A DNA stretch of 64,000 nt from Antedon mediterranea. Taxonomy: Eukaryota; Animalia; Echinodermata. Where the stretch lies: assembly GCF_964355755.1 (NCBI RefSeq), contig NC_092673.1, positions 8,246,001 through 8,310,000 of the forward strand, written 5' to 3'. The first letter of the stretch is position 1, and every line of letters starts with the position of its first letter. The notes under the pieces were generated by a model. It was not told the DNA's origin and made no database searches. It was given only the letters and a program-made list of their open reading frames with translations. The position numbers and the translations under genes are program-made. Below, piece after piece: positions 12,701-23,527 of this stretch.

Positions 12701-15700
12701 TGACAGACCTACGTTAAATACTGTACTGTACCATCCTAATGGATTACACTGTTTACAGTATACTACAACAAGGATATTATCTGTGTATATTTTGCATTAG
12801 AATAGAAAGCAGACCTTAAACCGCAATATACTGTAATAGGAATAAAAAAAATACAGTATCTAAACATAGCTAAGGATTGGCATCCCTGAATTAAATGAAA
12901 CTAATTTATTAGGAATTGTCACCACATCCTGTAGATATCACATAATGTACAAGCTTACTAGACCACTAATCTAATGTAAAAGGGATGTGGTCAAATATAA
13001 AAAGTACAGTTCATTTTAACAGTAATGTTAATCTTTTTTTTGTAAAACTTTATTCTAGTGAACTACAGTAAAGCCCCTTTCTCACAGATGTGCCTGCAAT
13101 ATACCGGTATTATGCTGGCATCGTGCCGGTATCATTACCGGCATATACCCATTCTCATCGGACTATCGTGCCGGAAATATAACCGGTATATACCGGCTTT
13201 CTGTGAGAAAGGAGTCGGTCATATTCGGCCAATAAAAAGTCTGACAAAATAATTATTGAGGGCGTCCTTTATTGTTATTATTTTTGTCTAGCAATATATG
13301 GCGGCGAATTTTAAGTTACAGATTATTTAATTATCTTCCTTTATAGCATATTTATGCAATACATGCTATGTACAGTATATTGTGCATATATTATACAGGT
13401 ACAGCAATTAATTAGCCGTCATTGGCAATCTGTAAAACATCTTAGAAGGCTGTACAATTTACAAGGCGACGAAGGGTCAGGCACCAACAAAGAGCTATGG
13501 CCTAGGCCTATAGATTATGCTACACATTTCTTCTTGTCCCCTTATTTTAAGCAGATCTCTTCTCATTATCCCTCCAGTTCGACACTATTATTGTTAATTG
13601 AATTGAATCAGCGCCAAAGTGATACACTTGACCGCGCAAGGTGTCAAAGCCTCGACGGGGAATTAAATATAACCTCGGAATATAACGGTGTTACGTTCTC
13701 ACAGAATGCCCGTCTGGCATTGCGGGGAATATCCCTAGAATATTACTAGGTCTAAAGCAGGTCATGTCGATGGTCATCTCCCTGGTATAACTACCTCCAA
13801 CAGTAAAATGCTCCAGGGGCCTAAAAAGAATGCAAGGCCCGTGTTCTGCACCACTACTGACAATTCAGACAAAACTGTAAAATATTGGTAATACATTCCA
13901 GACATACAATAATTAAGCACAGTATGGTACTGTTTCTATTGAAAAATAAAAAAAGAACGGTTTTTTGGAAACCAATTTCGGCTGTTGTTTATAAATAAAG
14001 GTCGCGTTGCAGCTCAATTTTTACTCAAATAAAACCAGTTCCGTCCATGTGCATTCGTTATGAATGACGTCATTATATACACCACAATGCAGTTCGTTAG
14101 GCGGAAGCGCGATTGGATCGAGGTCATGTTTATTTTTTTTCGCATAGCGCGATCCCCAAGAAATAGCATCCATTTCATCATAGAAGGGGGAATTATTACC
14201 TGAAACGTTTAATTGTGGTCCTTGGTTAAAGTATAGGTACGTCGCACCCTCTGATATTGTCAAGTTGAACTCGTCTAGCTTTCACACGCTTTACAATATT
14301 CTTAAAAACATGTAGGCCTAGGCCTACGTGAGTCTTTCTTCCGACTCCCGACAAGTCCCCTCATCTTCTTCCCTTCACATATTTTTTACGAACCTCGTAA
14401 TGGCATCGGTCAACATTTTTTAGTTAAATAAAATACTCACTATCTAGAGAAATAAAAATGACTTAGGCCTAGATCCTATCGCGCGGGTTTGACTGCGAGT
14501 TGACCGCAATCGTCCCAGTGCAGCAGACTGCAGAGTTCAGTTTTTGGGGTCAAATTGAGACCGTGATTGTGTTTCAGAACGGTTCTTTGCGATTGAGACC
14601 GCAATCAATTGGGGTTTTTGAAACCGTTTTTAAGATCGGTTCTTTTTTGTGGGGACCCATTTCTGCTGGCAAGAAAAAATGGTTCTTGAAAAGAACGGTA
14701 TTCAAAACCGTATTCTCTGCTCTATAGAAACAGTAAAACAGTACATAAACTTTCCTGCTATGTGATTAAACATTTCTTTTTTAATAGCATTCTAAATAAT
14801 TCTTTGTTTTTCAGATACTGGAGAAGGAGTGGGCATACTGTACAGTATTACTACAGTGTACTGTTCAAACGTGAAAAGTGGATACTGCACCATACAAAAC
14901 CACTAACAATAGGCCTATCATTAATTTAGTACCAGGGATCTAGACTATACACTACATAGTAATCATTATAAATTCATGTTCCCTACAGTTACTTCTTCAA
15001 AAATCTTGGACCATACTTTATTTTTCTTTGAATTAGACCTTGTGTCAAAAGATATAATTTTCTTTGTATTGTTCTGTACAGTAATCTCATATTATACATA
15101 CAGTACTGCAGTTTATTGTGTTTGTAGCTGTACATAAAAGGTAGAAATGATTTTAAAATAATACATAAATAATTTCTAAAATTAATTATTTAATTTACTC
15201 TGTTTTAGAGGCAGTTGAGTTTTTGTCTTGCTTAATTCAACTTGCTGGGTAAAGATAAATTACAGTAGGCATGAAAATACACATTATGTTTGAATATCAT
15301 ACAATTTAAATGACATGAATTTAATGATAAATAATTAATAGTATTCAACAATTTATTAAGGATGACAGTTACACAATGGAGAAACCTTGGAGTATTAATA
15401 TTTAAATGTGCTACAGGAGATGACAAATACAGTATAGTCTTAATAATATTAATATTATTATCAAAATTATTATTTTTAATGATAGAAATAATACAAACTG
15501 GAGTAAAAAATATAAACATACCTCCATGATATAAACAGTTCAGTAAATTTTAAGAATGAAATAATTTTAAACTTAAAATGTTCTTTAACAAGTACTGTAT
15601 GTGCTAAAGAATGTGTAGCTTATAAATAAAGGTCAACCAAATTGACTGAGTTTAATAACCAGATCAAATAGTAATACCACAATGTGACCACAGGGAATTT

Positions 15701-17627
15701 TTATCAAGGAGGTTTCACAGAAAGAACCTGTAACTGTAGTATTAGTACTACATGTTTGGAATAAGACCACAAAAGAATAATTTCTACTGAGCTCATTCAA
15801 GAATAAAAGAGTGTTTAAATCAACTTAAATTTTGCATTTACAATCAAAAAATTCTATTAATTGTATTGTTATGTTTTGTGTAAATTATTGTGATTAATAA
15901 CATAATTTAGTTGCTTTATTTTTAACACAAAGTAGACGATTGTTGAGTTCAACTTCCTGAAATAACTAAATTATGTTATCTGTTTCTTTAAAAAAGTAAA
16001 CTGAGTCATTGTCGTATAGGCCTACTTATGAAGTGTAATGTTTAATCATATCAATAACTGCTAGCTACAGCACCTGTAAACACATTTTTCAAATAAATCG
16101 TAAAAATAGAATGTTGAATTTTGTAATTGTTTTCTTTAACTGTTTTCTTTAGTGTTTCTTTAAATAACAGACTAAACATTTTGGCAAATTTTAGCCTAAG
16201 TAATGCAGTTCAAATTAGCAATTGAAATGACAGGTACCTATCTCATTGTATGTTTAACTACAATGAAACCTCATGAGGTACATTTTGCTATTGCACACTT
16301 GTCAATTTACGGCGATGGGTGTATGGTGATCGCACACGATATGTATACTGTATCCTAAATACGTTGTCAAAATATGGTACTCGGTAAAGTTGTCCTTTAA
16401 GGACATAATTAGAGCAGTGACAGGCGGTTATTAAAGACAACAGTGGCACTACACTATAATCCATAGCCGTATCATTGGCAAGGGTTCGATCCAAGGTTCT
16501 GCTGGTAGAATGAATCTTCTTGAATGAACTACAGTACTGTACTGTATAAACCGTAAGTCCAGTGTACACAAAATGCTTGTGTGCACTTAAAGAGTCCTGA
16601 TGTACAGTAGTTACATCTTTTATAATGAGTTGGAGGTTACCACCGTGTAGGCCTACTAGCTCCAACAGCCACTCTCTCTTGAGCGCTAGAATTAGTAGCA
16701 ATGACATGACTTTACTCTAGTAAGCATGTAGTTTAAAAGTGTAATATCTAAGTCCAAAGCGACAGCAATGATCATTAGATAAAATTGGTGCTATATAAAT
16801 CAAGAATATTATTAAATTTTATCATTCATATTAAAAATCACAGCTTTTTTAATTCAATAAAATCCACAGATTTAAAAATATTAAAGATTCAAATGATTAA
16901 TACCGTTATCTTGTTTTGTTAACTATAGTAATACTATAGTTAACAAAACAAACTATAGTTAACAAAACAAGATAACGAGAAAATAGATTTAGTGTATTGA
17001 AGACAATCTCTCCTGTAATTCATAGACGATTTTCGTGCGACGAAACCCATCTTGCAGTGAACATTTTTTTTTAACCATACAGAGGTAGAGGCCAATCTTT
17101 TATTAAGAACAGTAAAATTAAACTAAAATCATATTCATAATGAGCGTTTTCATTAAAAACATCCAAAAACGATGCTTGCAATGTATCTAGGCCTAGAGTG
17201 CTGCACACCAGGTCCATACATTAATTAGCGCAACCAAAATAAAACGTAACCGATATGATAAAGAGCATATCCAAAGGCACTACCACTAGGTTAGGCCTAC
17301 TGTAGGCGGAATTCCTGTAGGCTAGGCCCAACCTACTGTAGTAGGCTAGGCCCTAGTCTAGGGCCTAGGGCCTATATTATTTTTTTAGGTTAAATTTACT
17401 TTGGTTAGGCAAAATGCCATACCAGTCAGGCAGCTAGATAGAGGCTAGGCCTAGTAGAGCTTCTTTAAATACAGACACGAAACATACCATACAAAGTCGT
17501 TGTCTTTGTCTTCATATGAGCTCCCAACTCCATTGTATACAGGTGCTGGAGAATGCAGCGGTCGTTTACGATTTGATTCAGTCCGAGTAGGACGACCTCC
17601 TTGCCGTCTGTTTGCAGTGTTTGACAT
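723..17627 (-). CDS. COP1: E3 ubiquitin ligase COP1 (RFWD2), 5' part: exons 17627-17488, 9345-9286, 3328-3231, 787-723; continues beyond window start
   Basis: Spliced translation MSNTANRRQGG...[102 protein letters not shown] matches the COP1 RING region (human [31 protein letters not shown]). All introns are GT-AG and phases are consistent. Confidence 0.96.
1626..1900. mobile_element. Degenerate Kolobok-type MITE fragment (same family as 43041-43323)
   Basis: TTAA+AGATGTTTT...AAAAACATGAAAAATGAAGATTAATAAA matches the reverse complement of the right end of the 43041-43323 element; right boundary approximate. Confidence 0.45.
3231..3328 (-). CDS. COP1: COP1 coding exon 3 (RING, second half)
   Basis: TTATAG acceptor; (C)[38 protein letters not shown] donor; 98 nt. 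Confidence 0.96.
5671..7432. mobile_element. Non-autonomous hAT-like DNA transposon containing an internal minisatellite
   Basis: Perfect 16-bp TIR CAGTGTTATCCCCAGG, followed at both ends by AAGCGTCAC. Flanks CATACTT / CATACTGT resemble a degenerate target-site duplication. Subterminal GTGACGC repeats. Confidence 0.8.
6322..7310. repeat. Tandem array of ~165-178 bp units (about 5-6 copies)
   Basis: Marker CTGATGAGTAGG at 6395, 6573, 6735, 6899 and 7137; the supplied ORFs here repeat the same peptide. Confidence 0.95.
7596..8773. mobile_element. Non-autonomous TIR DNA transposon (CAGGG termini)
   Basis: Ends CAGGGTTGTAGCT / reverse complement CAGGGATGTAATT, flanked by direct repeat CAAATA (7590-7595 and 8774-8779); GC-rich subterminal GGGCGG repeats. 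Confidence 0.75.
8839..9049. mobile_element. MITE
   Basis: Inverted ends CTGCTTACCTGGA...AATAGCCCTCTCTCT versus AGAGAGAGGGCTATT...TCCAGATAAGCAG. Confidence 0.6.
9286..9345 (-). CDS. COP1: COP1 coding exon 2 (RING, first half)
   Basis: TTTCAG acceptor; (C)[19 protein letters not shown]; GTAAG donor; 60 nt. Confidence 0.96.
13072..13790. mobile_element. PIF/Harbinger-like non-autonomous element (degenerate right end)
   Basis: TAA+AGCCCCTTTCTCACAG start; internal inverted copy CTGTGAGAAAGG at ~13201-13212; TTCTCACAG repeated again at ~13696. Confidence 0.5.
13930..14733. mobile_element. Non-autonomous TA-targeting DNA transposon (Tc1/mariner-like)
   Basis: TA|CTGTTTCTAT ... ATAGAAACAG|TA; subterminal AGAACGGT/AAACCG repeats at both ends. 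Confidence 0.65.
16410..16813 (+). mobile_element. Old tRNA-derived SINE, DeuSINE-like
   Basis: B-box GGTTCGATCC (~16482); central ATAAACCGTAAGTCCAGTGTACAC...GCACTTAAAGA resembles the Deu domain; L2-like tail GCTATATAAAT...TATTATT. Confidence 0.6.
16904..16977. repeat. Near-perfect palindrome with a duplicated arm segment
   Basis: CGTTATCTTGTTTTGTTAACTATAGT-AAT-ACTATAGTTAACAAAACAA(x2)-GATAACG. Confidence 0.9.
17488..17627 (-). CDS. COP1: COP1 coding exon 1
   Basis: ATG at 17627; encodes MSNT...[10 protein letters not shown]+TG, then donor GTATGT. Confidence 0.9.
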
Positions 17628-18060
17628 CACTATCGACGAGTGCCAGGCTAGGCTATCCCGCTAGGCCTAGGCTAGGTAGGCTAGCCTTATCAAGCTAGCT
17701 AGGGCACAAACTAACACAGATCCAACAACAAGCGTTGCTGTATAAAGGATATTTAGTTAATCAAGTGAACAAAACAATAAAATATATCCATTCCATAAAC
17801 ATCAGGGTAAACCAGAGGTTAATTTGTGTAGGCAATTCATCATGTATGTGCGGAAGTAGAGACTGCGTGACTAATATTTTCACAAGCCAGCCTACTATTA
17901 AAATGTGTGTGCTGGTGGTGGCTAGCTAGCTAGCTGCTGCTCTATTGATGTGTGGCGGCGCAGCGCAGCAGCAAACAGACAGATCGTGTGTCGTGTGTCG
18001 TCGGCGGCGAACAGTTTTTGCATCTATAAAATCTCGAGCGGAGGAGCAAAGTACCATGGG
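17628..18060 (-). promoter_or_regulatory. Probable COP1 5'UTR/promoter
   Basis: CpG-containing, locally GC-richer stretch directly upstream of the ATG; ETS-type CGGAAGT at ~17851; TSS not determinable. Confidence 0.45.
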
Positions 18061-18319
18061 TAAATCCAGGGTAGCGTGAAATTCGATAAGTAAACTGATG
18101 ATGCCTCATGATGATGGTTGATGAGATAAAAAAAAATCATTTTATTGTCCTGTCTTTTTAATTCCACAAAAAGACAAAATTACAAACAAATATAAAATTG
18201 TGTAGTTTGTAATCTCTTTTATGGAACGCCGTTTACGCAACAGTTCGATGATATGAATTTTATGACTTCAGACTATATGAATGAAATGCATCATATGAAT
18301 TGCATGACGCGATATGAAT

Positions 18320-18450
18320 GACATGTTTTGAATTGAATATTTTGAATTGGATTTGAATTGAATGGAATATGTTTTGAATGAAATGTTTTGAATGAAATTT
18401 TTTTAATGAAATGTTTTGAATAAAATGTTTTGAATGAAAAGTTTTGAATG
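18320..18450. repeat. Degenerate TTGAA / AATGTTTTGAATG simple repeat
   Basis: Repeated GAATGAAATGTTTT units. Confidence 0.8.
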
Positions 18451-19099
18451 CTTTGAAAAGTCAAACTATTGGCCTCGTATGAGCCTATATGTCATTCCCG
18501 CTCAAGATTTTTTTCTCAACCTCGCCTTGCAGGTACCGTCTTCTTCTCTCTCCACCCGGTGTAATCAATATGGATCCTTTACAGAAAGCCTGCTGATAAG
18601 AAGGAAAAATCAAGAGTGACTTTTCGAACTGACGAAATTCGAACATTAATTGTTGCCTATAACCGTAACATCTTTTTTAAAAGGAAGATCCTGATGGTAG
18701 CGGAAATGACTTTAATGGGTGGGTGAGGTGTCAATATAAGTTATTAGCGCTCAATGATTGAGCCTCAATCTTAGCAACTAAATGAAGCAGCAGTCACTCA
18801 ACTCAACTGAAAGGAACTACTTGCGCGAGAGCGCTTATGGCGACATATTGACTACTGAACGGAACTAAACGGAACTAAACAGAACTGTAAGGAACCAGTG
18901 TGCGAACTGAACAACTTGCTTGATTCGTAACAATCTTAGTTGCATTTTTTAGCTCCTTTCAGTTTCAGAAAAATAGAACAAAAGCAACTGAAAGGAACTT
19001 AAGCTTATGTCGACATTTTTTTGTGTGGATATCATTGCTGTCAGTTATTTTATTTATTTGTCCCTATCGTTGTGTAACATTTAAAATAAAAATTATACA

Positions 19100-20690
19100 G
19101 AATTTAAATAAAATTAAACAAAATGCTACACAACGATACCATGAACATACAAATTAGATGTTTAATTCTTGAGTTGTTCTTATAAATGTTACCCGCTACC
19201 CCAAAAATGTCTTTTTATTGCAATTTTTAAGAATACAAAAATGACAATTTGTATACTGCACTGCAAATTTTATCCTTTTTTTTCTTCAATATATTAGTAA
19301 AAACATTAAAACACTTGTAATTCAAATAAAAAAATATCGAAAATTGGAGATCTGATATTGAAATTTATCTAATTTTGTAAAAAATGTACATTTTTGAAAA
19401 AGGTCACTGACCTTTTGACCTCCATTGACCTTAATAATCGTTCGATTAATTTTATTTAAATTCTATATTACTAAAAATGTAAAAGAATTGCTACACAACG
19501 ATACCAAGAACATACTAATTAGATGTTTCATTCTTGAGTTATTTTTATAAATGTTATCCGCTACCCCAAAAAAATGTCTTTTTATTGCAATTTTTAAGAA
19601 TTAAAAAATGACAATTTTTATAAAATGTACTGCAATTTTTTTATCTTAACACACATTTTCTTATTCTATATGTAGCACAAGTAAAAGACAATTCAAATAA
19701 AAAAATATCGAAAATTGGAGATCTGATTTTGAAATATATCTCATTTTGCCAAAAAAATTACATTTTTGCAAAAGGTCAGTGACCTTTTGACCTTCATAAT
19801 CGTTTGATTAATTTTATTTAAATTCTACATGATTTAAAAAACACATATGCTACATACCGACACCAAGATCAGACTAATTAGATGTTTGATTCTTGGGTTA
19901 TTGGTATTAATGTCCATTAATGTTAACCCCTACCCCAAAAACGTCTTTTTATTGCAATTTTGAAGAATAACAAAATTACTTGACAATGGTGTTAATGCAC
20001 TGCAATTTTTTTCATGTTAACACACATTTTGTTATTCAATATGTCAGTAAACACAAGTAAAGCACAATTAAAATAAAAAATATTTTCAAAATTGGAGATT
20101 TGATATTGAAATTTATCTCATTATGGCAAATATTTGCAATTTTGCAGAAGGTTAGTGACCTTTTGACCTCTACTGACCTTAAACATGGTTCGATTAATTT
20201 TATTCAAATTCTATATGATTAAAAAACATGTATGCTACACAACGACACCAAGATCATACTAATTAGATGTTTCATTCTTGGGTTATTGCTATTAATGTTA
20301 CCCCCTACCCCAAAAATCTATTTTTATTGCAATTTTTAAGAATAAAAAATGAAAATTTGTATATAATGAACTACAATTTTAATCTTGTTAACATATATTT
20401 TCTTATTGAATATGTCAGTAAGCACAAGTAAAACACAATTAAGATAAAACATGTTGAAAATTGTAGATACTATGTTGAAATTTATCTATATTTTGGCCAA
20501 AATGTGCATTTTTGTAAAAGGTCAATGACCTTTTGACCTCTACTGACATTATTGATCGTCCGATTCATTTTATTTAAATTTTATAAGATTTTAAAAGACG
20601 TATGCTACACAATGGTACCAAGATAATACTAATTAGATGTTTTATACTTGGGTTATTAGGATAAATGTTATCCCGTACCCCAAAACAATA
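19100..20690. repeat. Satellite-like tandem array, 359-385 bp unit, ~4.3 copies
   Basis: Marker GCTACA(C/T)A at 19125, 19490, 19849, 20234 and 20604; shared TGACCTTTTGACC and TACCCCAAAA motifs. Confidence 0.93.
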
Positions 20691-20927
20691 TTTGAAGATA
20701 AAACACTGATGATCATTATACAAATGACACAAGTACATACAATGCATCCCTATATTTTTCTTGTTAACATGAATTTTTTCACTCTATATGCCCGTGGGAA
20801 GAAAATGATACCAAAGAAGTTTAACTGTGTGGGGGTGCACGGTAACCCCCTCCAGCCCTTGAGCTAATAGGCATATATTTTTTTAACAATAAAAATGTTA
20901 TTTTACAGTATAACTTTTCATTTACAG

Positions 20928-22007
20928 AAAAAGTTCTCAGTGACACTTTCTGGCCTGTTATCCGAGAATTGAAAGCAATGTTCCGAGGGAAAGCACATGA
21001 GGAACAAGGTGGCGTCGATATTAGTAGTGACTTGACAATGCCGTCAGAGGTTGAATGTTCTCAGTTAAATGCAACGGTATGTTTTATGTTTTTACTTCGT
21101 TATATTGATTCAAACAGTTGTTTAAAATGTTTAATAATTCGATACTTCAGTGTAAGAAAACCCCAATGCTCATTCTATTCCAATTTTATTTTCATTTGTT
21201 CCTATTATTTTTGAAGACTAATCACAGTATCTTCAGGATTAACATCAATACCGTCAAAGAATATGTCTTTAATATCATCGCAAACAGCGTTAATATCGTC
21301 ACCAACGAAAATACCGTTCGAACCTTAAACAACATTGTCAACGACACATTTTGGCCTGTAATTCAAGAATTGAAAACAGTACTTAGACTTCGTGGCATGG
21401 CACGGGCACAAAGGGACGGTGTCGATTCGGTAGTCAGCTCAAATGTTGAGCGTGCTCTTCGCAGTAAGAAACTAAAGCCAATAAAGAAAACGCCAAGTAT
21501 GCAGGTATAACTTGATTTTATCCTCCTTAGTGAACAATATGTTATAGTATCTAAAGTTTAATTATAATCTATTCAGGAATAATACATTTTTATAACCAAG
21601 AAGAATCTCCTCCCGACCAAAATTAGAGACTTGGAATTATGGCGATGACAACTTTACATTCATTTCTTTTCTATTTTGTATTATAAAGATGGCTTTCGTC
21701 AACGACACCACCTTCACGATTGACAAACATGCAGTCAAGGAGTACGTCTCAACATCATCGCATACAGTGCAATGTCGTCACTTCTAGTAGAACCGTCGTC
21801 ATGGATAACAAAGATGCAGAAGACCACATTGATATAGCAATTGATAACCAGACTGCAGATGCACCAAAAGCAGGAATTTTCCGACGTCTTTTCCGCAAAC
21901 TTCGACAACGCTTCCGTAACACCAGAGGCCATGACACTTCTACAGTGGCCGAGCATACGGAAATAATCAAAGAAACTATTAATGGCATACTGAATACTGA
22001 ATACTGA
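20928..22007 (+). pseudogene. Orphan spliced gene fragment/pseudogene with internal protein repeats (exons 20928-21076, 21217-21504, 21689-22007)
   Basis: AG/GT-bounded exons join in frame. Repeats DTFWPVI(R/Q)ELK and VKEYVxNIIAxSxNxVT differ mostly at synonymous positions. Two 1-bp deletions (~21749, ~21769) in the last exon; AATAAA at ~22092; no first exon found. Confidence 0.7.
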
Positions 22008-23316
22008 ATACTGAAATGCTTTATTTGTCCATCATCATCATAAAATAACAACAGAAATTCTTCTTGAAGATTGACAATTATTAGTAAAATAATAAATAGA
22101 TATACAATAAAATATATTATGTACACACACGTCATAATTGCACAAAAAAATATAAGTTATGAAACACGGTGTAAATATGACAAGGTATTAAAATTGAATA
22201 GGATTCAGGAGATTAAAATAGTTTAAAACAGCTTTAAAAGGATTAAAAACAGCTTTAAAAGGATTCAAACCATTAGAATGTTCCTAAAACCTTACAATTT
22301 ATAAATTGCTAAAATTCAAATAGGCTAAACATGTTAAAAACGTTTAAAAATATTAAAAATATAAAAACATTTTATAAAGTTTCATTGTTTACATAGTCTT
22401 GTAATAATTACATAACATTTATCGATGGTGACGTGAATTAATTATATGAATAGCATTTGCAACAAAGGCATATCTCGATCTGTTTGTCTTAGTTATTGGA
22501 ACATGTATTCTACCATTGCGTTTGATAATAAAGTATTTGCTAAGGGGATGATCAACATCCTTAATTATTTTTTGAGCACAGATAGGCCTACCAGTGCAAA
22601 CGATGCAAGCAATGCTAGCAACGAAGATGATCTTGCAGAAAATAATGAAGAAGACAGAGTTTCAGTTGATACCATTGATCCTGTTCCCACTACTTCACGC
22701 CACAAGTTCCTCTCAGCGTGTTTATGCTACAAACACTAATCAGTGCAGTTACAGTGAATCAATTTTGTATTGAGGATCGATATAGCAGTTTTATATTTAT
22801 ACTATGTCTCATTATTTTATCAACTTGAATAAAATCAAGGATTAATTTTTACATATTTTAAAGTTGTGTTCATTTGTTGAAAATAGAATTGTACATCTTA
22901 TCACAAGTAAATAGCTTACTTAGTATAGTATTGTAGGCTAGACATAACCCACACTTTTTACTTTTCACACATAAAAATATAGAATTTCATGTTACAAGAT
23001 TAACAAACACTAAACACTGACTCGACTGCTCATACTATGGCGCATCCTTCTCTCTTCTTTCCGTAAGCCGCCAGCAAATCTTAACAGACTTAACTTGGGC
23101 TTCCATTCCATTTAGTAGGGGAAAAGCTAACGTGGCTCAGAGGTCCGGTATGCGGTCAAGCTACCAAGAGAACGCGATAGGAATGACATGTAGCTAATAG
23201 TTTGACTTTTCACTCCTTTAATGTTGGGTGTGAACCCTGCCACAAGTTAAAACATCATAGGCTAAATAGAAATGTTAAAGACACTCTAGTATGCTCATAG
23301 TTACCACGTGGATTGG

Positions 23317-23527
23317 TTTTTAGTCGCGTGGACGTGACTCAATAGTTCACTATGTCGGTCGGTCGGTCTGTCGGTCTGTCGGTCTGTCGGTTTGTCTGTC
23401 GGTCCGGTATCACTATGCGTTTTATCGCTTTTCTGTAATTTTTGAACTGTTTTGATGTAGGCCTACATTACTTTTTGAAAGTTCATTTTTTTCTGAGAGC
23501 ACGCGACTTATGGCTGTTGGCCTTGTT
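23317..23527 (+). mobile_element. Helentron/DINE-1-like (HINE) element, family 2
   Basis: TTTTTAGTCGCGTG start, (GTCG/GTCT)n microsatellite, subterminal inverted CACGCGACT, 3' GGCCTTGTT; shorter inverted copies at ~24445-24553 and ~26090-26190. Confidence 0.7.

Larger units (their letters stand above)
18454..23215. mobile_element. ~4.8-kb TIR-bounded DNA element carrying a satellite array and an orphan spliced gene
   Basis: TGAAAAGTCAAACTATT at 18454-18470 and its exact reverse complement at 23196-23212, each followed inward by CTA(C/T)ATGTCATTCC; possible CTTT 4-bp TSD (18451-18454 and 23216-23219). Confidence 0.65.

Noticed and set aside
16288-16707. 139-aa minus-strand ORF as a COP1 exon or nested gene
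   Set aside because: It is the antisense reading of a decayed SINE, has no COP1 similarity, and COP1 exons 1 and 2 join directly in frame
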